Shown here: piece by piece, positions 28,781-37,745 of the stretch
Position numbering within the stretch: the stretch's first letter is position 1
Layout: each line of letters opens with the position of its first letter
Assembly: GCA_963768565.1 (NCBI GenBank)
Contig: CAVYIO010000038.1
Location: forward strand, 115,233 to 179,232
From: Rhodothermales bacterium
GTDB taxonomy: Bacteria > Bacteroidota > Rhodothermia > Rhodothermales > JABDKH01
Reading direction: 5' to 3'
DNA length: 64,000 bases
Made by a program: the position numbers and the translations under genes
Notes under the pieces: generated by a model
The model's input: only the letters and a program-made list of their open reading frames with translations
What the model was told of the DNA's origin: nothing
Databases searched by the model: none

Positions 28781-29941
28781 ATGAGCCTGAATAATCCACG
28801 CGGTCTTCTAGTCGCACTCGTGATCGTCGCGGCCGCTTGCGGCCCCGCTCGAGATCCGAGACTGACAATCATCGTCAGGACTCCGTCCGGTGTTCCGTTC
28901 GGCGACACCGTATACGTTGCCGGCAATACCGATTTGTTGCGCTCGTGGCGGCCCGACGGAATGGCGCTGTCCGCGGAGGACTCGACTACCTGGAAAGCGG
29001 TTCTGCCACTTGAGCGCAATTCAACAATTGAATTCAAGATCACGCGCGGTGAATGGATCACGGAGGCGGTACTGCAAGATGGGTCGGTCCCCGTCAACCA
29101 TGCGATCACATTGACCGGTGACACCACCGTAGTCATCAATGTGTTCGGGTGGAAAGATGCATCCGGCGCTGTGCAAGGACAGATAACCGGAGATGTTGAG
29201 TATCTGCGAGAGCTCGTAGGCGACGGAATCCCAACACGGGATGCGATCGTCTGGTTGCCGCCCGGTTACAAGAGCGACGTTTCGAGGCGGTATCCCGTGC
29301 TGTACATGCATGATGGTCAGAATATTGTTGACCCCCTGACTTCGTACACCGGCGTCGACTGGCAAGTCGACGAGCACATCGACTCCCTGAGCAGCCTCGG
29401 TGAGATGGAGGCCGTTATCGTTGTGGGTGTGTACAACACACCGGCGAGGTCTGAAGAGTACGACGCGACCGATGCCGGACTCGCGTACCTCGACTTCCTG
29501 GTGAATACCCTGAAGCCGAAGATCGACGCAGCGTACCGAACGCGTCCCGAGAGAGAACACACCGGAATCATGGGCGCTTCGATGGGTGGCACAATCTCCT
29601 TTCTCGCGCTGTGGCACTATCCGCACATTTTCTCGAAAGCGGCATGCCTGTCGCCCTACTTCTCCAATACTCTTCCACGAAAGGTCGAGAACCGCGCGGA
29701 CTGGGATTTGACCGGTCTGTCGCTCTACATCGACAACGGTGACGACCAGCTCGATTCACGGCTGCAGACTGGCATTGACAGGATGCTTCCGGTACTTCGC
29801 CAGCGCGGGTTTCGAGACAACGAGAACCTTATGTGGATCAAGGCTGCCGGCGCTCAACATAACGAGCGCTACTGGGCTCGCCGTGTCTGGCGGCCGCTCC
29901 TCTTCATGTTTGGAGAAGAGAGGCAGGGCGTCAAGCGTTAG
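28781..29941 (+). CDS. Secreted/lipoprotein esterase (esterase D / enterochelin-esterase-like alpha/beta hydrolase with N-terminal carbohydrate-binding-like beta-sandwich)
   Basis: Start at MSLNNPRGLLVALVIVAAACGP (lipobox). Contains ...VLYMHDGQN... and GIMGASMGG (GxSxG). Confidence 0.75.
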   Translation: MSLNNPRGLLVALVIVAAACGPARDPRLTIIVRTPSGVPFGDTVYVAGNTDLLRSWRPDGMALSAEDSTTWKAVLPLERNSTIEFKITRGEWITEAVLQDGSVPVNHAITLTGDTTVVINVFGWKDASGAVQGQITGDVEYLRELVGDGIPTRDAIVWLPPGYKSDVSRRYPVLYMHDGQNIVDPLTSYTGVDWQVDEHIDSLSSLGEMEAVIVVGVYNTPARSEEYDATDAGLAYLDFLVNTLKPKIDAAYRTRPEREHTGIMGASMGGTISFLALWHYPHIFSKAACLSPYFSNTLPRKVENRADWDLTGLSLYIDNGDDQLDSRLQTGIDRMLPVLRQRGFRDNENLMWIKAAGAQHNERYWARRVWRPLLFMFGEERQGVKR

Positions 29942-30483
29942 CCGCACGTGCAACGGGTCGCACATGGGTTGGTCGAGGCGTGCTTCCGCGTGCCCCGGCT
30001 TCCATTGGGACGAAGTGATGGTGTTTCGCTGTCATCTCCGGAGTATGCCGGATGAAATGACGGAGGCATGCTCGGGTGCTGAAGGAATCGACCCTTCTCG
30101 TCGAGTGACACCCACTGCGCGGGCAACCGATACAGGTAGCGCCCGATGCCCCACTGGACCGCCGCCCTCCGCATGCTGCTGGTCAGGCCACCCTTTACCG
30201 CCTCGATATCTGTGTTGCTTGCTCCGTCCCACTTGGTGATCCACTGCTCTCCAACGCGGATTGAGAGTCCGCAAAGCACTCCACCGTCGGGACCCTCTTT
30301 GAACTGATTGCACCAGTTCTCCGGACCGCATACAAGATCCAGACGATCCATGATCGCGCGATTGGTGATGTACGGCACGGCCATCGCGCGACGCCGGTCC
30401 TTCGTGTATTTGACCGGCTTCCAGTCGACGTCGGCGTTTGAGAAGTAGTGCTGCAGCCGCCTCAGGTTCGTTGTGTTTGTCAT
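29938..30483 (-). CDS. Rad52/Rad22-family single-strand annealing protein (DdrA/Sak-like)
   Basis: VDWKP...RAMAVPYITNRAIMDRLDLVCGPENW...MRRAAVQWGIGRYLY matches the Rad52-family core. ATG at 30483. Confidence 0.6.
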   Translation of the reverse strand: MTNTTNLRRLQHYFSNADVDWKPVKYTKDRRRAMAVPYITNRAIMDRLDLVCGPENWCNQFKEGPDGGVLCGLSIRVGEQWITKWDGASNTDIEAVKGGLTSSMRRAAVQWGIGRYLYRLPAQWVSLDEKGRFLQHPSMPPSFHPAYSGDDSETPSLRPNGSRGTRKHASTNPCATRCTCG

Positions 30484-30686
30484 GGCGCCAACCCGTCTTC
30501 GATTATTATGATGCTTGCGTGTCTCGAATATCCGACTGCGGTGTGACAGCATAATGTCACACCCGTGTGGGTCTTTCCCCGATAGCACGCGGGGGTTGTT
30601 ATGCCACCAACTTTTGTCTAAGATCGACGTAGTCTGAAAGGGCCTCTCGCCGGCCAGATCATCCTCATTCCGGAACGGCGCAATCA

Positions 30687-31331
30687 ATGGATACCGTATA
30701 CCTCGTCAGCCTTATCGTCGGAGGCTTCTTCGTGCTGCTGTCCATCTTTGGTGGAGGAGAGACGGATACGGACGTCGATGCGGACTCAGACTTTGATTTC
30801 GATGCGGATTCTGACTTCGATCTCGAGGTCGATCACGACTTCGATTTCGACGCAGATCATGACTTCGATCTCGACGCAGACCATGACCTTGACATCGACG
30901 GCGACATTGGAAGCGGACCGGGCCTCGTGGACCTGTTCTCCGTGCGGGCGCTCTTTCTCTTCGCGGCGTTCTTCGGCCTGACGGGAACGCTGCTGACATG
31001 GATGGATGCATCGGTCGTCTGGACGTTGGTCGCATCCATCATGACGGGACTTGCGATAGGGCTAGGCGGCAACTGGGTCATCAAGACGTTCGGATACCGT
31101 ACCGTGTCGAGTACCCAGACGGCCCGTGATATCCGCGGTACGACCGGGCAGGTCCTCATACCGTTTGAGGGTGGCGAAAAGGGCAAGATCACATTGATCT
31201 CCAAGGGCAAGCGGCTGCAACTCGTGGCGAGGTCGTTCGACGACGAGAGCCTGTCCACATTCGAACCAGGAGAAGAGGTTGTCGTCGTTCGGATGGCGGG
31301 GGCTGTGGCTGAGGTCGTCAAGCCGAATTGA
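30687..31331 (+). CDS. NfeD-family protein (YuaF-like: TM region + C-terminal OB-fold)
   Basis: TM helices, an acidic DxDFD repeat linker and a C-terminal beta-barrel (GKITLISKGKRLQL...EVVVVRMAG). It lies immediately upstream of the flotillin gene. Confidence 0.75.
   Translation: MDTVYLVSLIVGGFFVLLSIFGGGETDTDVDADSDFDFDADSDFDLEVDHDFDFDADHDFDLDADHDLDIDGDIGSGPGLVDLFSVRALFLFAAFFGLTGTLLTWMDASVVWTLVASIMTGLAIGLGGNWVIKTFGYRTVSSTQTARDIRGTTGQVLIPFEGGEKGKITLISKGKRLQLVARSFDDESLSTFEPGEEVVVVRMAGAVAEVVKPN
30780..30899 (+). repeat. 5 x 24-nt imperfect tandem repeat inside nfeD encoding A(D/V)(S/H)DFD(F/L)D
   Basis: Units: gcggactcagactttgatttcgat, gcggattctgacttcgatctcgag, gtcgatcacgacttcgatttcgac, gcagatcatgacttcgatctcgac, gcagaccatgaccttgacatcgac. 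Confidence 0.8.
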
Positions 31332-31373
31332 CGACTGCATCTCATCTTTGAAAAAAAGAACAGGCTATAAATC

Positions 31374-32627
31374 ATGGAAGTCCTTGTAGTCCCCATTGTC
31401 CTGATTCTGGGAATACTGGCGGTACTCGGAATCATTCGGGCAAATCTGAAAATCTGTCCACCGAACGAGGTCCTCATTTTCAGCGGTCGGAGAAGGCTTC
31501 TGGGAGACGGGTCTGAGGTCGGCTATCGCGTCATTCAGGGTGGTCGGGGCTTCCGAATCCCGATCATTGAAAAGGTGGATCGACTGATGCTCAATACGAT
31601 TCCGATCGACCTTACCGTCATGAATTCGTATAGCAAGGGTGGAATTCCGTTGACGGTGCGGGCGATCGCGAACGTAAAGATCGCATCGAACGAGGCTGAG
31701 TTGAACAACGCTGTGGAAAGACTGCTGGGAAAGTCACTCGACGAGATCTCTACAATCGCCAAGGAGACGCTGGAGGGTAACCTTCGTGGCGTCGTGGCGT
31801 CGCTTACGCCTGAGGAGGTCAATGAGGATCGGCTCAAATTCGCCAAGGTCCTCCTCGAGGAAGCCGACAACGATCTCAGCGCGCTCGGCCTTCAGCTCGA
31901 CACACTGAAGATCCAGAGCGTTGAGGACGATCGGGGATATCTGGATGCGATCGGCCGGCAGAGCACGGCGTACATCATTTCACAGGCCGAGATCGTTGAA
32001 GCCGAAAAGCGGGAAGCGGCCAAACTGGCGGAAGCGAGTGCCGATAAGTCTATCGTCGAGGCGGAGAATGAGGTTCGGATCATCCGTGCCCAGCTCGGGG
32101 CCAAGGCGGAGGCCGAGGAGGCCAAGATCTCGGTGGCCGCCCAGGTGGCCGAGGCAAAGGCCAAGCAGGAGTTGGCAGAGGAAGAGATCATGCTCGCGGA
32201 GAAGGAGCAGCGAGCCAGCGTAATCGTGGCTGCCGAGGCACAACGACAGGCAAAGGAAGAGATTGCGATCGGTGACGCCGCACGTATTCTGGAGGACGGC
32301 AAGGCGGAGGTGGCAGTACTGAAGCAGAAACTTGAGTTGTGGGTCGATGCGGGCCAGGATGCGGAGCGCCTCTTCCTGATTCAGATGCTGCCGGACATTC
32401 TCAAGCAGGTGGTCAAGACCGTCGACAACCTGACGATCGACAAGATCACAGTCGTCGACAGCGGCCAGGGAGCCCCGGGAACGGGAGTGCCAGCTGTTTT
32501 CAGTCAGATCGCAGGTGCTACGCCGGCATTACTCGAAAGTCTGAAAGCGTCCACCGGCGTTGACATTGCGGGCATGCTGCAGCGCGCTGGTGACCTCAGA
32601 CTTCCGGATCAGGAGGCAGACGACTAG
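31374..32627 (+). CDS. floT: Flotillin (SPFH/band-7, FloT/YuaG type)
   Basis: 417 aa with an N-terminal TM, an SPFH domain and a long EA-rich coiled-coil flotillin domain. Confidence 0.9.
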   Translation: MEVLVVPIVLILGILAVLGIIRANLKICPPNEVLIFSGRRRLLGDGSEVGYRVIQGGRGFRIPIIEKVDRLMLNTIPIDLTVMNSYSKGGIPLTVRAIANVKIASNEAELNNAVERLLGKSLDEISTIAKETLEGNLRGVVASLTPEEVNEDRLKFAKVLLEEADNDLSALGLQLDTLKIQSVEDDRGYLDAIGRQSTAYIISQAEIVEAEKREAAKLAEASADKSIVEAENEVRIIRAQLGAKAEAEEAKISVAAQVAEAKAKQELAEEEIMLAEKEQRASVIVAAEAQRQAKEEIAIGDAARILEDGKAEVAVLKQKLELWVDAGQDAERLFLIQMLPDILKQVVKTVDNLTIDKITVVDSGQGAPGTGVPAVFSQIAGATPALLESLKASTGVDIAGMLQRAGDLRLPDQEADD

Positions 32628-32828
32628 AGAAGAGACGCCGGCCAACCAGCTTCGACACTTCCACTTCTACTGCGTGATCGTAAAGACGAGTCGCCTTGAC
32701 GATATCTCGTCGTCTCGGAACTCGTCCGGCAACTCCTGAATGATTTCTTTCAGGCGCGATCAATAGGCCAGGGCCCGTATCACACCTCCAAGTTCCGTCC
32801 GCGGTATCTCCACACCATGCCGCAACGA

Positions 32829-33371
32829 TCAGGCCGCGCGCGCGGCACGTCCCACGGCACCGAAGTGGGTAACCTCCCCGTCCCATGGGAATGCCGACGG
32901 ATCCGGCAACGCTACGCGTGTAACATGGACCCGACTTCGGGAGCCGGAGGGTGCCGGGGTTCGCAAATAACCTGGTTCCATCCTCGAAAGCGCCGCTGCG
33001 ACACCGTCGGGATCCGTAAGAGCATCGAAGGCGGATAGACAATAAACGCGGTTCATTTCCAGCCCGGCGAGGATCCATGGTTGCCGCTGCAGTCGACCGG
33101 TATCCAGTGCATCGCATATGACACCGAACGTGCCGCGAGAACCCGCAATCGCAAGATCTACCGTTATGCCCCCGACCAACTCGGCGGTCGGCCCCCTGGA
33201 GATCGTGACCCCGCGACAGGCCACCGGCTTCAGCGCGGCCGCCAGTTCGTCGCCCGGACAGACACCCGGAGATAGTGTTTGACTCTCGACCTCCCGGCCG
33301 ATACTCGTTGTGCGAGAGGCCTCGACGTCCGTTTGTCGTTCATTGTATGTGTACATCGCCGTGCGCTCCAT
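32829..33371 (-). CDS. Hypothetical protein
   Basis: The composition is protein-like (..VDLAIAGSRGTFGVICDALDTGRL..). The competing overlapping ORF is R-rich and junk-like. Confidence 0.3.
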   Translation of the reverse strand: MERTAMYTYNERQTDVEASRTTSIGREVESQTLSPGVCPGDELAAALKPVACRGVTISRGPTAELVGGITVDLAIAGSRGTFGVICDALDTGRLQRQPWILAGLEMNRVYCLSAFDALTDPDGVAAALSRMEPGYLRTPAPSGSRSRVHVTRVALPDPSAFPWDGEVTHFGAVGRAARAA

Positions 33372-33545
33372 GAGAAATCATGCTTGTGATATCTACCGTC
33401 ACTCAATCACAAGTTCGATCACTGATATGACAACCTAATGTCATACCCTTTTCGCGGGTTTTCAGACGTGCTCCACGGCATATACTATCCGGCAAACCTC
33501 GCGACGGCCTCGTCGTATATCTCGACCCACTTCAGACTACCGCGC

Positions 33546-36479
33546 ATGCTCCACCGGAGGATTCCCACCTTCCTTTTCGCCGGCGCAGTCATAGCACTGA
33601 CTGCAGGCACCGCCCTCGCCCAGGGATTCGGTGTCCTCAGCGGACGCAATCACCCCGAACTGAACTGGCGCGTCGCGGAAACGACACACTTCCGCATCAT
33701 GTACCCTGAACATCTCGCCGGTATCGAAGACGAAGCCGGAACCATCGCCGAGACAACCTACGAGGCCCTCTCACAAAACCTCGGCGTGTCATTCGACGAA
33801 CCCATCCGCATTTACCTTTCAGACGAAGATGAAATAGCAAACGGTTTCGCAAGCCGACTGGGCGACGGTTGGACCAACATCTGGGTCAACCCGAGCAACA
33901 TCGAAGACTGGACTGGATCCGAAACGTGGCTTCGGCGCGTGCTCTCACACGAGATCGCCCATCTCTTTCACTACCGCGCTGTGCGGTCGAACATCGGGCC
34001 ATTCGACCTGCTCTTTGCCAACCCGTTGCCCCGATTCTGGACCGAAGGTCTGGCCCAATATCAGACCGAGCAATGGGATACGTATCGAGGCGAAATGTGG
34101 CTACGCACAGCCGTACTCGAAGACAAACTCTCATACCGCGACGGGCAGTCCGCATGGAATGGCCGCCTGCTCTACGCCGTAGGAAATTCACAGGTCCGCT
34201 TTCTTGCAGATGAGTATGGGGATTCCACGCTCACGAAGATCCTTCACCATCGCAAGCCGGCTCTGTTCGGACTCGCCAGAGTCCATGACTTCGGCCGCGC
34301 CTTCAAGTCCGTTACAGGTCAAACCTACCGCGAGTTCTATGATCAGTGGCGGCGCCACGTCAACATCTACTACAATACGATCGCTGGCCAGCGCCAGTCT
34401 CCTGATTCCCTCGACGCCGTTCCGATCGACCAACCCGGACAGTATGTCTACGACGTCCAAATGCTTCAGGATGATCGGCGCCTCGTCTTGTTTCTGGAAT
34501 CCATCGAGCGCCCGGTGCGGCGCCTCGCTATCGTCGACTCCACGGGCCGCACAACCCGAACCCTTGCCGAGGGCATGATTCGCGCTCCGATTTCCGCCAC
34601 GCGGGACGGCCGCCTGGTTGCGTTCGCGCGGCGTGGACGGGCAGCGCACGGGTCGCTGCTCAATGACATCTACCTCGTGAACACGTTGAGCGGCAAGGTC
34701 CGTCGGTTGACGAAAGATCGAAGGGCGTCATACCCGGCACTGTCGCCCGATGGAAGTCGTGTGGCTTTCGTCGTCAGCGAACCAGGAGGGTCACGTATTT
34801 ATGTAATCGACATTGCGAGTGGAGAGGAGTCACGGACGACGAACGCAGCAAACAACCAGCGAATCAGTCAGCTTCGATGGCACCCGACGGACGACACGAT
34901 TGCCTATTACGTCCACGATGATCAGGGGGTCAGGGCGATCGAACTGCTGGATATCGAAACCGGACACGTCAGCCGTATCACAAGTGGCGACCACGATGAC
35001 CGGGGACCCGTGTGGAGCCCCGACGCCTCTACCATTGGATTCACATCGCTTCGAGACGATGTGCCCAACGTGTTCGCCGTGAATCTTGCAGACAGCTCGC
35101 TTCGACGCGTGACTCAACTCGCGACCGGAGCGACACTCACCGACTGGATCGGGGCCGATACATCAGGGCATCAGGACCGGATGATCGCGATTGTCAGTCA
35201 TACGAAGGAGAAGGACAGAGTATATGCTCTGAATCCGTCCGCGACGCCGCCGGAAGCCGAAACGCGCGTGCCACCCGAGTACGCATCGTGGACAAGACGC
35301 TCACCACCGGCGACTATCCCGCCACGCATTGCGACTCTCGAGAACACGGTTCATAAGAATCATACCTATAACTCCTGGAAAAACATCTCCCACGTGGCGT
35401 CCCTCGGACTTCCATACTTCAACTCGACTGGAGACTGGGGAGTGGGCGCAGGTACGCTCTGGATCGAACCGCTCGGCAAACACGTGCTCGGGGCTGCCGC
35501 AGGCCTCTCGGTCGCCGACATCAGCAAGTCGTTCTTCGCTTTATCGTACATCAACAATCAACTGAAGCCCTCGCTGGCCTTCAGCGCAAGTCATTTCCCC
35601 GACGTGAGTCGGCCGTATGGCACCGACATCCTGCGCGAGGACCGTGCCGGCGTCAGTCTGGCCGTGCTGTGGCCTCTGGACTGGAGACCCAGACCCTACA
35701 CACGAACCCAGGCCTTGATCTGGGCCCGGTACCTCTCCGTGACACCACTGAACGCTTCGTCATTCGCCGCGCAGCTGGATGGCCTTCCGGTTCCACAAGA
35801 AGGACGCCAGTCAAGTCTGAGATTTTCGATTCGACGAAAGAAGCTGAGACCGTTTCGCGACAACCAGTCACATCCGCTCGATGGCTGGGGACTGCGATCG
35901 AGGGTCACGCTGGCTGTTACAGGTGCAGACTTCGACCAGAGTTATGTTCGATTTGAGACATCGGGATATACGACTGTTCCGGTCGTGGAACGGCACCGGT
36001 TGTTCCTGCACGGACGTTACCGCGGCCAGCGCGGAACGAGCCTGCCGCAAGACTTCGTCGGGCTTTCCAGGTATGACCCGATTCGCATCGACGCGGGAGA
36101 CCTGCTGAATTTCATCTCGTCCGAATCAGATCGTGTTCGAGGGCACAGACGATTGGTTATCGGCGGCAACGTCTTGTTCGGCACGCTTGAGTATCGGATC
36201 CCGCTGGTCCCGAGTCTGCGCACCGAAATTCTCGGACTGCTCAGCCTGGGCTCCACGACGCTCTCGCCGTTCTTTGATGCTGGCGTCGTGTGGTCGAGAC
36301 CGGACGGGCGCGACGCCGTTACCCAGTACGGCGCGGGGGTAGAAATCAAGAACGCGCTGCGAATCGCGAACCTGATCGAGTTGACCCATGCCATCGGATT
36401 CGCGCAGCCGGCGTCGGCACTCTTCTCAGATAGCCGGTACGAGGTCTACTACAGAGTGCAGTCGGCACTTCCTTTCTAG
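33546..36479 (+). CDS. Large secreted/outer-membrane protein: MA-type zinc peptidase-like domain (HEIAH) + TolB-like beta-propeller + C-terminal Omp85-like beta-barrel
   Basis: Start at MLHRRIPTFLFAGAVIALTAGTALAQ (signal peptide). The HExxH motif is SHEIAH. PD40/TolB repeats are present (PALSPDGSRVAFVV..., WHPTDDTIAYY..., PVWSPDASTIGF). The C-terminus carries RG(H/Y) and LEYRIPL motifs and a terminal F. Confidence 0.75.
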   Translation: MLHRRIPTFLFAGAVIALTAGTALAQGFGVLSGRNHPELNWRVAETTHFRIMYPEHLAGIEDEAGTIAETTYEALSQNLGVSFDEPIRIYLSDEDEIANGFASRLGDGWTNIWVNPSNIEDWTGSETWLRRVLSHEIAHLFHYRAVRSNIGPFDLLFANPLPRFWTEGLAQYQTEQWDTYRGEMWLRTAVLEDKLSYRDGQSAWNGRLLYAVGNSQVRFLADEYGDSTLTKILHHRKPALFGLARVHDFGRAFKSVTGQTYREFYDQWRRHVNIYYNTIAGQRQSPDSLDAVPIDQPGQYVYDVQMLQDDRRLVLFLESIERPVRRLAIVDSTGRTTRTLAEGMIRAPISATRDGRLVAFARRGRAAHGSLLNDIYLVNTLSGKVRRLTKDRRASYPALSPDGSRVAFVVSEPGGSRIYVIDIASGEESRTTNAANNQRISQLRWHPTDDTIAYYVHDDQGVRAIELLDIETGHVSRITSGDHDDRGPVWSPDASTIGFTSLRDDVPNVFAVNLADSSLRRVTQLATGATLTDWIGADTSGHQDRMIAIVSHTKEKDRVYALNPSATPPEAETRVPPEYASWTRRSPPATIPPRIATLENTVHKNHTYNSWKNISHVASLGLPYFNSTGDWGVGAGTLWIEPLGKHVLGAAAGLSVADISKSFFALSYINNQLKPSLAFSASHFPDVSRPYGTDILREDRAGVSLAVLWPLDWRPRPYTRTQALIWARYLSVTPLNASSFAAQLDGLPVPQEGRQSSLRFSIRRKKLRPFRDNQSHPLDGWGLRSRVTLAVTGADFDQSYVRFETSGYTTVPVVERHRLFLHGRYRGQRGTSLPQDFVGLSRYDPIRIDAGDLLNFISSESDRVRGHRRLVIGGNVLFGTLEYRIPLVPSLRTEILGLLSLGSTTLSPFFDAGVVWSRPDGRDAVTQYGAGVEIKNALRIANLIELTHAIGFAQPASALFSDSRYEVYYRVQSALPF

Positions 36480-36500
36480 CGAGGGTCCCTTCCGATCCGA

Positions 36501-37427
36501 CTACTCTGTTGTGCCCGGGCCCGGCATCAGCGTGATTTCCTGACTGGCGGACGCGATCTGGACCTTGCCGTTGGTGCCTTCCAGCCCAAGGATTATCGCT
36601 GTAAAGAGTAGGTCCTTGGTGTGACGACGTTTCTTGTAATCGACGACGTACCGCATCGTCATCGTCACCCAGTTCTCATCAGCTTCGATAGACACCGTGG
36701 GTTCGACTCGAGCCCGTTCGACGAGATACTTCTCTACCATTCGAGCCCACACACGTCCCGCTTCCTCGCTGTACTCACCGACGGTTTCTGCAGCCACACG
36801 CGAGAAGACCTCGCGGGCCAGTATCAGGTCGCTCCCGTGACGTATGGGTATAGCGATTTCGTCCCACAGGAAGGGAAAGTCGCCGGAATAATTGAAGATG
36901 GGCTCTTTGAATACGTACGAGTTTGCGACTCGCACGACGCGCCCGGTATACAGATCTCCACGAACCCACTCGCCGAGCTCCATCAGCGTCGTCCGAATGA
37001 TGCTGACGTCGATGACGTCACCGGTCACACCGCCCATCCGGATCCGGTCACCGGTCTTGTAGATGTCTCCGAAGGAGATGGCAAGCCACCCGGCTACACT
37101 GACGATAACCTCCTGAAGCGCAAACGCGATGCCCGCGCTGGCTACACCGAGTGCCACAGTCAGACCGGTCAGCTGCTCGCTGTAGACGACCGACACGAAT
37201 ATGAGAGCGAACAGTAAAGTGCCGAACGAGACGAGTTTTCGGGAACGATAACGCGACTTGTCATCGCGGACTGAACGTGAGAGCCAGCGCCGAACCAGCA
37301 GCCCGATGACATAGATAATCACGACGCCCGTTGCCGCGACGACTACCTTGCCGAAGAGCGGGCCGGAGACAAATTGTTCGAAAAGCGACAACACTTCGCC
37401 CGTAGATTCCTGTAGCTGATCTTCCAT
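36501..37427 (-). CDS. Mechanosensitive ion channel MscS family
   Basis: Three TM helices followed by the MscS beta-domain (GDRIRMGGVTGDVIDVSIIRTTL). Confidence 0.85.
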   Translation of the reverse strand: MEDQLQESTGEVLSLFEQFVSGPLFGKVVVAATGVVIIYVIGLLVRRWLSRSVRDDKSRYRSRKLVSFGTLLFALIFVSVVYSEQLTGLTVALGVASAGIAFALQEVIVSVAGWLAISFGDIYKTGDRIRMGGVTGDVIDVSIIRTTLMELGEWVRGDLYTGRVVRVANSYVFKEPIFNYSGDFPFLWDEIAIPIRHGSDLILAREVFSRVAAETVGEYSEEAGRVWARMVEKYLVERARVEPTVSIEADENWVTMTMRYVVDYKKRRHTKDLLFTAIILGLEGTNGKVQIASASQEITLMPGPGTTE

Positions 37428-37745
37428 TGATTGACGAGCCGGGATAGACTATCTCACCGATGCTGTATGATCAACAAAGCTACGTCAGCGGCCACGTTTG
37501 TGTTCGGGATGGGTGAACAACAATTCCAAAAGTTGCAGTATTGCCCGCAGATGGTGTTCCTTTAATACCGGGTCCTGTCTGATCGTTGGGCCCGGGACAT
37601 TTCCCATACTGGATAGCGACACGGTTTTCTTCGCTCATCTCGTGCACCAGACCGCTTTCGAATGGCGTATTTCCTGATTTCGAGCGTCTTGTCCAGATCA
37701 AGACGATACGGCTCCAACGGCCAGCCCGGATGGCTGTTTGCCGTA

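Noticed and set aside
30780-30899. Regularly spaced 24-nt repeats considered as a possible CRISPR array
   Set aside because: The repeats are contiguous with no spacers. They are in-frame and coding, giving an acidic linker of NfeD, and no cas genes are present.
32596-33117. 173-aa R/C-rich ORF overlapping the 32829..33371 ORF
   Set aside because: Its composition (RCR…RRR) is typical of an out-of-frame read of GC-rich DNA.
36484-36500. GC-rich near-palindrome (GTGCCCGGGCCCGGCAT) between the convergent peptidase-barrel and MscS genes, considered as a terminator
   Set aside because: The arms are not perfectly complementary, and there is no flanking T-tract on either strand.
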